From contig JBBRCK010000001.1 in the NCBI GenBank assembly GCA_038205015.1, forward strand, positions 1 through 49,861: DNA of 49,861 bases, written 5' to 3'. Shown in pieces: positions 27,372-36,084 of this stretch. Numbering within the stretch: position 1 is the stretch's first letter; every line of letters begins with the position of its first letter. Made by a program: the position numbers and the translations under genes. Source of the stretch: Candidatus Levyibacteriota bacterium (GTDB taxonomy: Bacteria; Patescibacteriota; Microgenomatia; Levybacterales; UBA12049). The notes under the pieces are model-generated. The model saw nothing but the letters and a program-made list of their open reading frames with translations, made no database searches and had not been told where the DNA came from.

Positions 27372-29189
27372 CTAGAGGACTAGAAGAAGTGCTCCTCCAA
27401 AGATCATCAGTATTAATCCTAATCCGCCAAATTTAACTAAATTACTTGGTCCTGTTGGAGGTAATTTAGCTGATCCACTGGCTGTTAAGGAAGTCAGCTG
27501 GGAAGTGCCGGTAGTAGGGTTGTTAGTAATTCCAGATGGTGTGCTGGTTGTACTTACCGAGCCTCCATTAAGATTAGCAGGACCAACTCTATCTCCAGGC
27601 ATGCATCCGTTTATAGCATTAACCCAAAAATAGTAAGTTGTATTCGCATTTAAGCCCCTAATGGTATACGTACTTACGTTTCCCGTACTTACAACGCCCC
27701 ATTTGGCAGTGGTATTGTTGTCGGAATAAACAATTGAATAGTCAGTTGCCGAACTGCTTGCAGCCGTTACCCACGTTAAAGTTAGCTGGGTGCTGGTTGG
27801 ACCGGCGCTGACTGTTAAGCCGGATGGGTTTTCCGGTTTTGTATCGGTACAAACAAATGGAGTAGTATTTGAGCTTGGCGGGACTGCGGTTGTTGTTGGT
27901 GTTAATGTAGGCGTTGGAGTATTAGTTGGAGTAGGAGAAGGCCCAAAATTGTTAAAAGCTAAAACGCGGTTATTATTGGAATCTCCCACAAATAAAGTAG
28001 TTCCACTAAAAGAAAGTTCTCCTTGGGGATTGTTAAGAGTTGCAGATGTTGTGCCGATTGAGCTAGAAGTAAGGTTTATTTGACCAATTGCATCATCTGC
28101 CAAGGCATTATCTGTTGTTGGTATAGATGGGAAAGCTAAAATACGATTATTTCCTGAATCTTGAACCAGAAGTCTTGTCCCGTCCCAAATGATATCGGTT
28201 GGAGTACTTAGAGTATTGGCGGCAACCGCTCCTCCTTGATTGGCGCTAGACGAAGCAATATCAAATTGCCCAATTACTGCGCTTGCTGATGCATAGTCGG
28301 TAGTTGGAACAGGATTAAAAGTTAAAACTCGGTTATTAAACGTATCTGCAATTATTAATTGACTTTGAATGATTCTTGCAGCTGATGGGGAGCTAAGGTT
28401 TTGTCCAGATACTGCTCCTAAAGTAGGGGTAACAAAGTCCGGTTGACCAATAACTAAATCTGCCGAAGCTGAGCTTATGGAGGGTACGGTATTAAATATT
28501 AATATACGGTTATTTCCGGTATCTGTAATTAATAGTTTTCCGGTTGTTTGGTCAAAAGTGACAGATTCTGGATGGTTAAGAGTGCTGGCTGAAGGAGAAG
28601 CGTTTCCTTGGTTGGCGCTGGATGATGCCATGTCTGGCTGCCCAATGACTACGTCAGCAGAGACGTTATTTCCTACAGGAATAGTGTTATAGATTAAAAC
28701 TCTATTATTATTTGTATCGGCAATAAATACTTTTGTTCCGTCGGTATCGATAAATCGAGGCCCACTTAGAGTAAATGCGCTGACTGTTGCGCCTTGATTT
28801 GCATTACCCGCAAACATATCCGATTGTCCTATAACCAAGTCTGCCGAAGCTGAGCTAACAGAAGGAATAGTATTATAAATTAACACTCGGTTGTTGTTTA
28901 AATCACTGACAAAAAGATGAGTACCATTAGCTACAACTCCTGATTGGCTGTCATAACCAAAGGGATTTGTACCGCTGCCGCTAGCGTTAATAGGAGATGA
29001 CATAAGGTCAGCTTGTCCAACTGCAAGATTTGCATTTAAGTTTAGAGCCGAAACCGAATGGTTGGTGGTAAAATAAAACATTAATAGGGGAACAAGAAAT
29101 AAAAGCGTTATAGCTAGTGTTACGATAGCCACCTTTTTGTATGTCCATGGTCTAAGGGTTTTTAATTTGACTTGTAATTTATTTAACAT
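27372..29189 (-). CDS. NHL-repeat beta-propeller + FN3 surface protein with LPxTG sorting signal
   Basis: Repeated D..NNRVLIY/ADxVIGQ.D units, a Pro/Thr linker, FN3 motif LNANTTYYFWVNAING, and C-terminal LPPTG plus a hydrophobic helix. Confidence 0.85.
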   Translation of the reverse strand: MLNKLQVKLKTLRPWTYKKVAIVTLAITLLFLVPLLMFYFTTNHSVSALNLNANLAVGQADLMSSPINASGSGTNPFGYDSQSGVVANGTHLFVSDLNNNRVLIYNTIPSVSSASADLVIGQSDMFAGNANQGATVSAFTLSGPRFIDTDGTKVFIADTNNNRVLIYNTIPVGNNVSADVVIGQPDMASSSANQGNASPSASTLNHPESVTFDQTTGKLLITDTGNNRILIFNTVPSISSASADLVIGQPDFVTPTLGAVSGQNLSSPSAARIIQSQLIIADTFNNRVLTFNPVPTTDYASASAVIGQFDIASSSANQGGAVAANTLSTPTDIIWDGTRLLVQDSGNNRILAFPSIPTTDNALADDAIGQINLTSSSIGTTSATLNNPQGELSFSGTTLFVGDSNNNRVLAFNNFGPSPTPTNTPTPTLTPTTTAVPPSSNTTPFVCTDTKPENPSGLTVSAGPTSTQLTLTWVTAASSSATDYSIVYSDNNTTAKWGVVSTGNVSTYTIRGLNANTTYYFWVNAINGCMPGDRVGPANLNGGSVSTTSTPSGITNNPTTGTSQLTSLTASGSAKLPPTGPSNLVKFGGLGLILMIFGGALLLVL

Positions 29190-30108
29190 TATTTTTCTTC
29201 CTCTTTTTATAGTAAATCAGAAGAATAATTATTGCAAATAAAAATACGTCGATTTTTATAAAGTCAAAACTGCCTTGCGTAAAGAACTTAACTTCTGAAA
29301 AAAGCTTCTGATTCGTCTTACCGAAATGGAGGCTTATTTTGGCCTTATACAAGCCCGGTAGAAGCATTTTTTGATAAGTTACTACACTTACACTATAAAG
29401 CCTGATACTTTCCGGTAGCGCGTCTAAGGAGTCTTGATTTACTATGCCTTTTGCCGCTAGATTTCCGAAGGGATCAAAGATCTCAATCAAGCCATAGGGA
29501 ATAACATGAACATTGCCGTTATTTTGAAACCTTAAGACATAAGAATTGGGGTAATCAAAGTTATCCCTTTCAGGTAGAAAAGTACTTATCTTTCCTTCCT
29601 CGATTTCTTTTCCTGTGGAAGCTCTGACAAATAAAAGGCTTGATAAAATCGCTTTTATATTAACCTGTTTATTGTTCTCCGGCTGGGCGATTTCTGCCAA
29701 AATGCTGGCATAATGGCCGCCTTTGGTAATTCTTTTATCGTCGATAAAGACTTTGATTGTCTTTTTCTCTCCCGGATTTAAATAAATTTGGGGATTTGCA
29801 AAACTGATCCAGGAAGAGAGGGAATATTTATAATTTGCCGCCTGTTTTCCTTCTAAAAAACTAATTTTATAACTGTCTTCAAGCTGGGTAAAATCTTCAA
29901 CGCTTAATTTTAGATTTATTTCACCGGTCGTATTATTAACATAAGTTAAATTATATTCCGCAGGATCAGATGCTAAATCTACGTGCATGATTGAAGGGTA
30001 AACGGTAATGCCTTTTGGCTTCTCTTGAGCAAGCGCCATAGGCATAGGTTTAAGAATTATGATTAAAGATATAAGAACAAGGCTTATGAAAAATATCGAT
30101 TTTTTCAT
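29179..30108 (-). CDS. DUF916/DUF3324-like membrane-anchored protein
   Basis: ITVYPS, SSWISF, GGHYASI, NNGNVHVIPYG, GLYKA, and a C-terminal TM helix with a basic tail. Confidence 0.75.
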   Translation of the reverse strand: MKKSIFFISLVLISLIIILKPMPMALAQEKPKGITVYPSIMHVDLASDPAEYNLTYVNNTTGEINLKLSVEDFTQLEDSYKISFLEGKQAANYKYSLSSWISFANPQIYLNPGEKKTIKVFIDDKRITKGGHYASILAEIAQPENNKQVNIKAILSSLLFVRASTGKEIEEGKISTFLPERDNFDYPNSYVLRFQNNGNVHVIPYGLIEIFDPFGNLAAKGIVNQDSLDALPESIRLYSVSVVTYQKMLLPGLYKAKISLHFGKTNQKLFSEVKFFTQGSFDFIKIDVFLFAIIILLIYYKKRKKNNVK

Positions 30109-30132
30109 ACATAAATGATAGCATAATCTGTA

Positions 30133-30738
30133 GTGAAGAAAATACTGGTTTTAACAATTATTATTATATTTATTTTTGCAGCAGCTTTTGCTTATATAAT
30201 GTTGAATAAATCTGCCAAAGGCCTGTCGCAAGCAGAGAGAGATGCCGCTTTATCCAATCTGTTAGGAAGAAAGCTTAATTTATCCGATAAGGTGGTACAA
30301 AAAGACTATGTTCTGCATAACGGCAAGTACGTTAGTTTTATTTATCCCAAAGATGCCAAGCCATTTGATGAACAAAATCAGCCAGGAGGGCCATATTACA
30401 GTAAGGACGCGCTAGAAAATTTTACTTTTAGTTTGCAAAGTCCTTTTCTATGGGGATCAATTCGTGTTTTGCCAAATACACCTGGAATGTCAAGATTGGA
30501 AGACTATTCAGGAATCAGAGTAAGAAGACTTGACCCTAATAATTATAAAGAAAGCGAGATTACAATTAATGGAGTTAAAGGCCTCCAATATGAAAGTATT
30601 AATATCTCATCAAACACAAAAAAGGAAGCGTTTTTTTATTTAAACAATAGAATTTATTTTGTATTATCAGAAGGAAACAGTAAAAGTGATTTAGTAAATT
30701 TATTTGAAAAAGTAGTTGGTTCGTTGAAGTTTTTATAA
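30133..30738 (+). CDS. Membrane-anchored PsbP-like protein
   Basis: N-terminal TM, SFIYP, ITINGVKG, and C-terminal FEKVVGSLKF, typical of PsbP-like folds. Confidence 0.6.
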   Translation: MKKILVLTIIIIFIFAAAFAYIMLNKSAKGLSQAERDAALSNLLGRKLNLSDKVVQKDYVLHNGKYVSFIYPKDAKPFDEQNQPGGPYYSKDALENFTFSLQSPFLWGSIRVLPNTPGMSRLEDYSGIRVRRLDPNNYKESEITINGVKGLQYESINISSNTKKEAFFYLNNRIYFVLSEGNSKSDLVNLFEKVVGSLKFL

Positions 30739-31836
30739 ACCTCTGTCTGTTCGTTTTTGAATTTGACGATTGATGTAGTAGTTTAATAAGTATCTGATTA
30801 TGATTATAAGCAGAATAAAAGAAATTACTAACCCAATAATTACTTTATAAGGGATTATCCAAAAACTAATGGTGGTTTCAAGTGGCACATCCCTTGCTCC
30901 GTTATCAAAAACTAGCAGTAGGGAAGCGGTATATTTTCCAAATCTGAAACTGGTTAATTTATTCCAATTGAATGCTAATCGAGTCATCTGTTTTCCGTTT
31001 TTATCCAATTTTGGTTGGCCGTTTTCTACAATTGGCTGATTAACGATAAATCCATCGCTCCAAGAAGATTGGAATATTCTAGCGGAATTAGGAAGTATGC
31101 TTCCTAGGCCGGGATTAACGTCTAAACTTGCAATATTTTTACTTGCCGGTCCTGAGATGAAAATACTTCCGTGTGGTTTTACATGCACATTTCCAGTGTT
31201 CTGAACCTTAATAATAAAATCAGTTGGTAGATACTCAGAAATATAATTTGTGATAGAAAAATCTAGAATTTTGGCATCAGATTTAGCTCCTGCTTTTCTT
31301 ACATTCAAAAGAATTGGTACTGCAGCAGCGCCGGTAATTGTAGCTCCTGTTTTTGCCGGCTGTGCTTCTTTATCTTGAGTAAAACTTATTGCTACATAAT
31401 ATCCATAAGCAGCTTCTTTGGGAATATTTACTGTAAATGGTACCTCGGTCCATTCAAGAGGTTTTAAGACTACTTTTGTATCTTGAAACTTGATCCATTC
31501 TACTGCTTGATTTAGCTTATCTTCTTTTAAGGTTAAGTTTCCGTTTAAGTCTCCGCTGATGCCTTGAACTTGTAATTTTATTGCAATAGGAGAGGTCGTA
31601 TTATTTCTTATTCTTACTTTTTCCGACAGATTATCTCCGGGATTTGTATTAAGGTCAAAGAATACGGGGGAGACTGTGACATCGTAATTTGACTGTGTTT
31701 GAGCAGAAGCAGTAGATTGGAAGTAGAGAAAAATAAATAGAAAAATTGCTGTTAATAATATTCCGCTTAATGTTTTCTTATTAAATACTAAATATTTCAT
31801 ACTAGATACTTTCTTCTTTCTTCTTTCCTCTTCCAA
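30733..31836 (-). CDS. DUF916/DUF3324-like membrane-anchored protein
   Basis: VTVSPVFFDL, AAYGYY, NTGNVHVKPHG, GKYTA, C-terminal TM. Close paralog of 31802..32869. The true start may be the downstream MKYLVF. Confidence 0.8.
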   Translation of the reverse strand: MEEERRKKKVSSMKYLVFNKKTLSGILLTAIFLFIFLYFQSTASAQTQSNYDVTVSPVFFDLNTNPGDNLSEKVRIRNNTTSPIAIKLQVQGISGDLNGNLTLKEDKLNQAVEWIKFQDTKVVLKPLEWTEVPFTVNIPKEAAYGYYVAISFTQDKEAQPAKTGATITGAAAVPILLNVRKAGAKSDAKILDFSITNYISEYLPTDFIIKVQNTGNVHVKPHGSIFISGPASKNIASLDVNPGLGSILPNSARIFQSSWSDGFIVNQPIVENGQPKLDKNGKQMTRLAFNWNKLTSFRFGKYTASLLLVFDNGARDVPLETTISFWIIPYKVIIGLVISFILLIIIIRYLLNYYINRQIQKRTDRGL

Positions 31837-32869
31837 ATATTTGTAAAACTCTTCTAATCATGTTTTTAAAAGTGCTAAAGAATCCGATTCCTGCAAAAGC
31901 AAGCAAAAGTATCGCTGCAATTACGATTTTCCAGGAAAACACAAAGAATGAAGTGGTTGCTTCAAAAGGAATATCCCTGGTATCTGTGCTTAAAATGACA
32001 ATTGCTTGGGCGGTATATCTTCCAATCCTAAAATCCAAGATCTTGTCCCATCTTATTTTAAGTTGGGTTTCGGGATTTCCTTTTTTATCCAGTTTTGGTA
32101 CACCATTAACTATTTTAGGCTCTTGCGTTACGAATCCGTCATTCCAAATTGATTCATATATTTTTGCGGAATTGGGAAGTATATTGCTCTGTCCATCGTT
32201 AACGGGAATTGTTGTAACTGGATTTCCAAGCCAGTCTTTAATAAAAATGGTGCCCTTAGGTTTTATATGTACGTTTCCGGTATTTTGAAAATTAATATGC
32301 AATTTTGCCGGTAGATATTCGTAAAAGCCTGAATCAGGCATAAAACTTACCAGTTTGCCATCAAATTTTGCTCCGGCTTTTTTAACATTCAATAGTATTG
32401 GAACGGCTGCTGCACCTTTAATTACAGCTCCGGTTTTAGTATTTTGATTTTTATCAGCCTGTGTAAAGCTTATTGCCCAGTAATATCCATATGCTGCGTC
32501 TTTAGGCACTTGGATTTCAAATGGTATTTCAGTCCATTCTAGGGGTGGTAATGTGACATTGCTGTTAGGAAATTTTAGCCAAGAAAGAGTAGTGTCAGCT
32601 TTGTCCTGCTTTAAAGCAATATTTCCGCTTAAATCTCCTTCCAGTCTTTTTGCTTCGACATTTAAAGACATAGGGGAGGTAGTATTATTTCTAATTTTAA
32701 TTACTCCTTTTAAGTTGGAATCTGGTACTGCGGTTAAGTCAAAAAAAACTGGAGATACAGTGACGTCGTAGTTGGTGGATTGGGCAGAAACTAAATTGCC
32801 GTATCCCATTGCCATGACAAAAACTATTAGTAATACGGGCAGGGACAATAATCTTTTTCCAAACTTCAT
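31802..32869 (-). CDS. DUF916/DUF3324-like membrane-anchored protein
   Basis: VTVSPVFFDL, AAYGYY, NTGNVHIKPKG, GRYTA, C-terminal TM. Confidence 0.8.
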   Translation of the reverse strand: MKFGKRLLSLPVLLIVFVMAMGYGNLVSAQSTNYDVTVSPVFFDLTAVPDSNLKGVIKIRNNTTSPMSLNVEAKRLEGDLSGNIALKQDKADTTLSWLKFPNSNVTLPPLEWTEIPFEIQVPKDAAYGYYWAISFTQADKNQNTKTGAVIKGAAAVPILLNVKKAGAKFDGKLVSFMPDSGFYEYLPAKLHINFQNTGNVHIKPKGTIFIKDWLGNPVTTIPVNDGQSNILPNSAKIYESIWNDGFVTQEPKIVNGVPKLDKKGNPETQLKIRWDKILDFRIGRYTAQAIVILSTDTRDIPFEATTSFFVFSWKIVIAAILLLAFAGIGFFSTFKNMIRRVLQIFGRGKKKEESI

Positions 32870-32872
32870 TTT

Positions 32873-33970
32873 TTAGAAAGAGCCGGATGCTACCATTGTG
32901 AGGGTATCAGTATAATCTGTTCCTGCTGGTACGTTTCCAAGTGGCTTTGCTCTTGCTCCAACCGTAAAGGTTGTTCCGGATTGATTTCCTGTCTTAGAGG
33001 CAATTAAATCAAAGCTGGTGTTGCTAACAAATCCGACTGAATTTCCACCGTCTCCAGTATTATATTCAGCAGCAATAGTTGGAGCACCAGTGCCAGTTAC
33101 TCCGAAAATACCTACGCCGGTTGTGGATCCAAGGTCGCTTGGCGTAGCATCGTAGCTTCCAGGATAGGTAATCGTCTGACCTGTTGCTACTGAATTTAAT
33201 CCGCCACTTCCAGATTTTACCCAAGATAAGAATCCGTTAGTTGCGTTTGTGGAAATTGTTGCAGTTACTCTATATGGTGAAGTAACCGGTGTTGCGCTGT
33301 TTAAAGTTCCAAGTGGTAATGCTTGTCCTGTTGCTCCTCCAGAGAGTGCAAAGCTAAAGGTTGCCGAAACCGATGCAGTAACTTGGATTTGTTCGCTATT
33401 TGCTCCAGCTGTAATAGCAGTTGCGTATCCTAAGTTTTCTACGTTTACTCCTGTTGATTGATTATAAGTTAATACGTTTCCGGTTTTATCGGCTCCTGCA
33501 GTTCCAACTGTTGATGAACCGGCTGTAAAGTGGAAACAATATGTGTTAGTAGCATTGGTTAAATCAGTACTGGTAAAAATAGCCGCTTTAGAAGCAGTGT
33601 TATCTACAAAGCTTGGTCCAACAATTCCCGGCCAAGCTGTTGCAGTAAAAGAATCACCGGTTGATGCGCCGTTTGGCATATTTGCGGCAGTTGTGTCAAC
33701 AGTCCAAGTTGTATTTGCTCCGGTTAGAGAGAAAGTAGAAGGAAAGGCAACAATTACTTTTGTGACACCACCTGAGGTTTGAGTTGATTTCATACAAACT
33801 ACTCCGGACAATGTTGCAGAAGCAGATTGTCTATCCAGTCTTAAAAATCCTGTTGCCGAAGCATATGATTTTTGAGGATAAAATAGAGGATAGATCATTA
33901 AAAGAATTAAAGAAACGATGAGGGTTAGATTGATGATGGTTGTTTCGTTTTTATTAACTGATAAATTCAT
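32873..33970 (-). CDS. Secreted pilin/WxL-like surface protein (class B)
   Basis: Signal peptide, GFLRLDRQ...C, YCFHF, EQIQVTASVSATFSFAL, ISTNATNG, and C-terminus DYTDTLTMVASGSF. Confidence 0.65.
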   Translation of the reverse strand: MNLSVNKNETTIINLTLIVSLILLMIYPLFYPQKSYASATGFLRLDRQSASATLSGVVCMKSTQTSGGVTKVIVAFPSTFSLTGANTTWTVDTTAANMPNGASTGDSFTATAWPGIVGPSFVDNTASKAAIFTSTDLTNATNTYCFHFTAGSSTVGTAGADKTGNVLTYNQSTGVNVENLGYATAITAGANSEQIQVTASVSATFSFALSGGATGQALPLGTLNSATPVTSPYRVTATISTNATNGFLSWVKSGSGGLNSVATGQTITYPGSYDATPSDLGSTTGVGIFGVTGTGAPTIAAEYNTGDGGNSVGFVSNTSFDLIASKTGNQSGTTFTVGARAKPLGNVPAGTDYTDTLTMVASGSF

Positions 33971-34035
33971 TTTGTAATTATAATTACTAGTGATAATAGC
34001 AAAACATTTTTTTAATTACTTGTCAATAGGGCATT

Positions 34036-35142
34036 TCAGAATGAACCTGTTCCGATTACGGTAATGGTATCGGCATAGTCGGTTGCCGCAGGAGTTGAGG
34101 TTGATGCCTTAGCTTTCACTTGGAAAGTTGCTTGTCCATTACTTACCGGAGCAGCGGTTGAATCTGCAAAAACTCTTTTAGTGGTATCGACAATGCCAAC
34201 ATTTTGCGCTGTACCATTATATGGACTAATAATTTCCATTGGTCCACCCGATGTTTGAGTTATTGTTTGTCCTTGTATACCGTAGCCCTCAGATGCGGGA
34301 GCTAAATTTCCGGTTGTACTGGTAATTGTATAGTTTCCCGCTGCTATGCTTTTAAGTCCGGCATTTTGGCTGTTTAAATAAACTATTCCTCCACTATTAG
34401 CATTAGTGGAGATATTAGTAGTTACACTTTGCCAGGATGTGGTTATTTGTCCGGCATTAACTACTCCGATGCCAACGGAGAATGGGGGAATGGATTGGTT
34501 GGTAGTTTGAATGCTAAAAGTAAAAGTTGGGTTTACGGTTGCTGCTGATGCAACGGCACTGTATCTTCCTTGTTGAAAAGTTCCTCTTTTAGCAGCGACT
34601 CTTGCATAATAAGTAGTTCCGGTAGAAAGTCCGATGATATTAAATCCTGTTCCCGAGCCCCAAGACGTATAAGTTTGCCAAACTGGATTTAACCCAAGTG
34701 TATTGTCGGCCTGCACATAATAAATGTTCGAAGAGAAATCGCCAACTGTTGAAACTTGAATTATAAAAGTGGCATCGGTTGAATTCCCGCCATTATCGAT
34801 GATTACTTTAAGTTTATTGTAGTAATTAGAAGGGTTAGTAACGCTTGGGGCGGCGGGAGTATTTGGTTCTAATGTGTAAGTTAGTCCCGGCCCCAAAATA
34901 TAACTGGTAGAAGAAAGACTGGCAGTTTCAACTTCTCCTAAAATTCCCTGAAACATATAATTAGTAGAACTACTTGTTGCAACTCCTCCTGCACCAAAAC
35001 CATAATCCAAAAGTTGAAAATTAGTGCTGGTTGGCCCGGCGAAAGCTATGTTAGTTGACCTAAGAATTATGACAAAAGAAATAAGAATAACAACTACAAT
35101 TTTAAATTTTAAATTTTTAATTTTTAATGAATTTTTAATCAT
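34036..35142 (-). CDS. Secreted pilin/WxL-like surface protein with FN3 domain (class A)
   Basis: Signal peptide, STNF/STNY repeats, FN3 motif LSTGTTYYARV, ATVNPTFTFSI, ISTNANSG, and C-terminus DYADTITVIGTGSF. Confidence 0.65.
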   Translation of the reverse strand: MIKNSLKIKNLKFKIVVVILISFVIILRSTNIAFAGPTSTNFQLLDYGFGAGGVATSSSTNYMFQGILGEVETASLSSTSYILGPGLTYTLEPNTPAAPSVTNPSNYYNKLKVIIDNGGNSTDATFIIQVSTVGDFSSNIYYVQADNTLGLNPVWQTYTSWGSGTGFNIIGLSTGTTYYARVAAKRGTFQQGRYSAVASAATVNPTFTFSIQTTNQSIPPFSVGIGVVNAGQITTSWQSVTTNISTNANSGGIVYLNSQNAGLKSIAAGNYTITSTTGNLAPASEGYGIQGQTITQTSGGPMEIISPYNGTAQNVGIVDTTKRVFADSTAAPVSNGQATFQVKAKASTSTPAATDYADTITVIGTGSF

Positions 35143-35242
35143 TTAATTTTAAAATATCTGGATATATATAGACTTAATCTTCATATATTGCGAATCCTTT
35201 TGATATATTAATTTATATTTTGTAATACTCATAAATCTAATG

Positions 35243-35668
35243 TTACATCGGTAAATAAAATGCTCCTTGACCAAATAATGGATGTAAATAATCAAAGGTT
35301 AATACTTGTGAAACTTCTCGTCTATTTGCCAAAACCGCCCGAAGAGATTGGTTAAAAGTTAAGTCACTAGATTGAAAATTTATTAATGTTTTTAATGCCG
35401 CTTTTACATCTCTTTCTTCTGGATAAAGAATGTTTAAATCACTTAAAAAAACGGTTCTTAAAAAATCTTTAGACAGCGATGGGCTGATTTCTCTATAAAT
35501 TTGATTATAGACGTCGTTTAAAGTAAAAATGTCGGTAAATAAAAGGTAGTTTTCGATAGCAAAATACCTAAAATAGGCAGAAGCCTGCTCATATTTTGGG
35601 TGAGCCCGGTTAATTAAGGCATAAAAACCGCTTCTTGAAATATAAACCTTTTTACTCGTAATAGCCAT
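35243..35668 (-). CDS. PIN/VapC-like protein with degenerate active site
   Basis: VYISRSGFYALINRAHPKYEQA and LTFNQSL...VLTFDYLH align with the PIN pattern xxDTSxxxAL...LSxxD...xTFD, but key Asp residues are replaced. Confidence 0.75.
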   Translation of the reverse strand: MAITSKKVYISRSGFYALINRAHPKYEQASAYFRYFAIENYLLFTDIFTLNDVYNQIYREISPSLSKDFLRTVFLSDLNILYPEERDVKAALKTLINFQSSDLTFNQSLRAVLANRREVSQVLTFDYLHPLFGQGAFYLPM

Positions 35669-35700
35669 AATCTAGTTAATTTTCTATTTTGTAAATTACC

Positions 35701-35979
35701 TCAACTGGTTAAGTTTAGGGATGCTCCTCTGCCTTTTAGTCTAAACAACGGATCGTCTAATGTAAATACTTTTGCGGGTCTTAATTTTTTAATTTCCTGT
35801 TTTTTAGACGGGGCACTGGTAAAGTCTTTATTAAAATTTGCGAGTTCTGATTCTTTAATTCTTACATTTCCACCAACTCTAACTGCTTTTAATTTCTCTT
35901 CTTTAATATAGCGCCGAATAGTTAGGGGATGAACCTTTAAAATGAATGCAACTTGATTTATATTTAAAAGGTTTTCCAT
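35701..35979 (-). CDS. Xis/MerR-like HTH (HTH_17) DNA-binding protein, possible antitoxin
   Basis: LLNINQVAFILKVHPLTIRRYIKEEKLKAVRVGGNVRI, with C-terminal DDPLFRLKG. ATG 35979 is preferred over the track start 35997. Confidence 0.85.
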   Translation of the reverse strand: MENLLNINQVAFILKVHPLTIRRYIKEEKLKAVRVGGNVRIKESELANFNKDFTSAPSKKQEIKKLRPAKVFTLDDPLFRLKGRGASLNLTS

Positions 35980-35980
35980 A

Positions 35981-36060
35981 TATACAATTGTATACAATAA
36001 TATATAATATTATGTAAGATGTCAATAGATTTGACCAGCCTCAAAAATCTAATGTAAATT
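35981..36060. promoter_or_regulatory. Back-to-back divergent promoters plus palindromic/direct-repeat operator
   Basis: Minus strand: TTGACA(36025-36020)-17-TATTAT. Plus strand: TTGACC(36031)-18-TAAATT. Perfect palindrome TATACAATTGTATA at 35981-35994. TATACAAT/TATACAAT/TATATAAT at 10-bp period from 35981. Confidence 0.6.
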
Positions 36061-36084
36061 TAATATTACCTACGGTAATATTAA

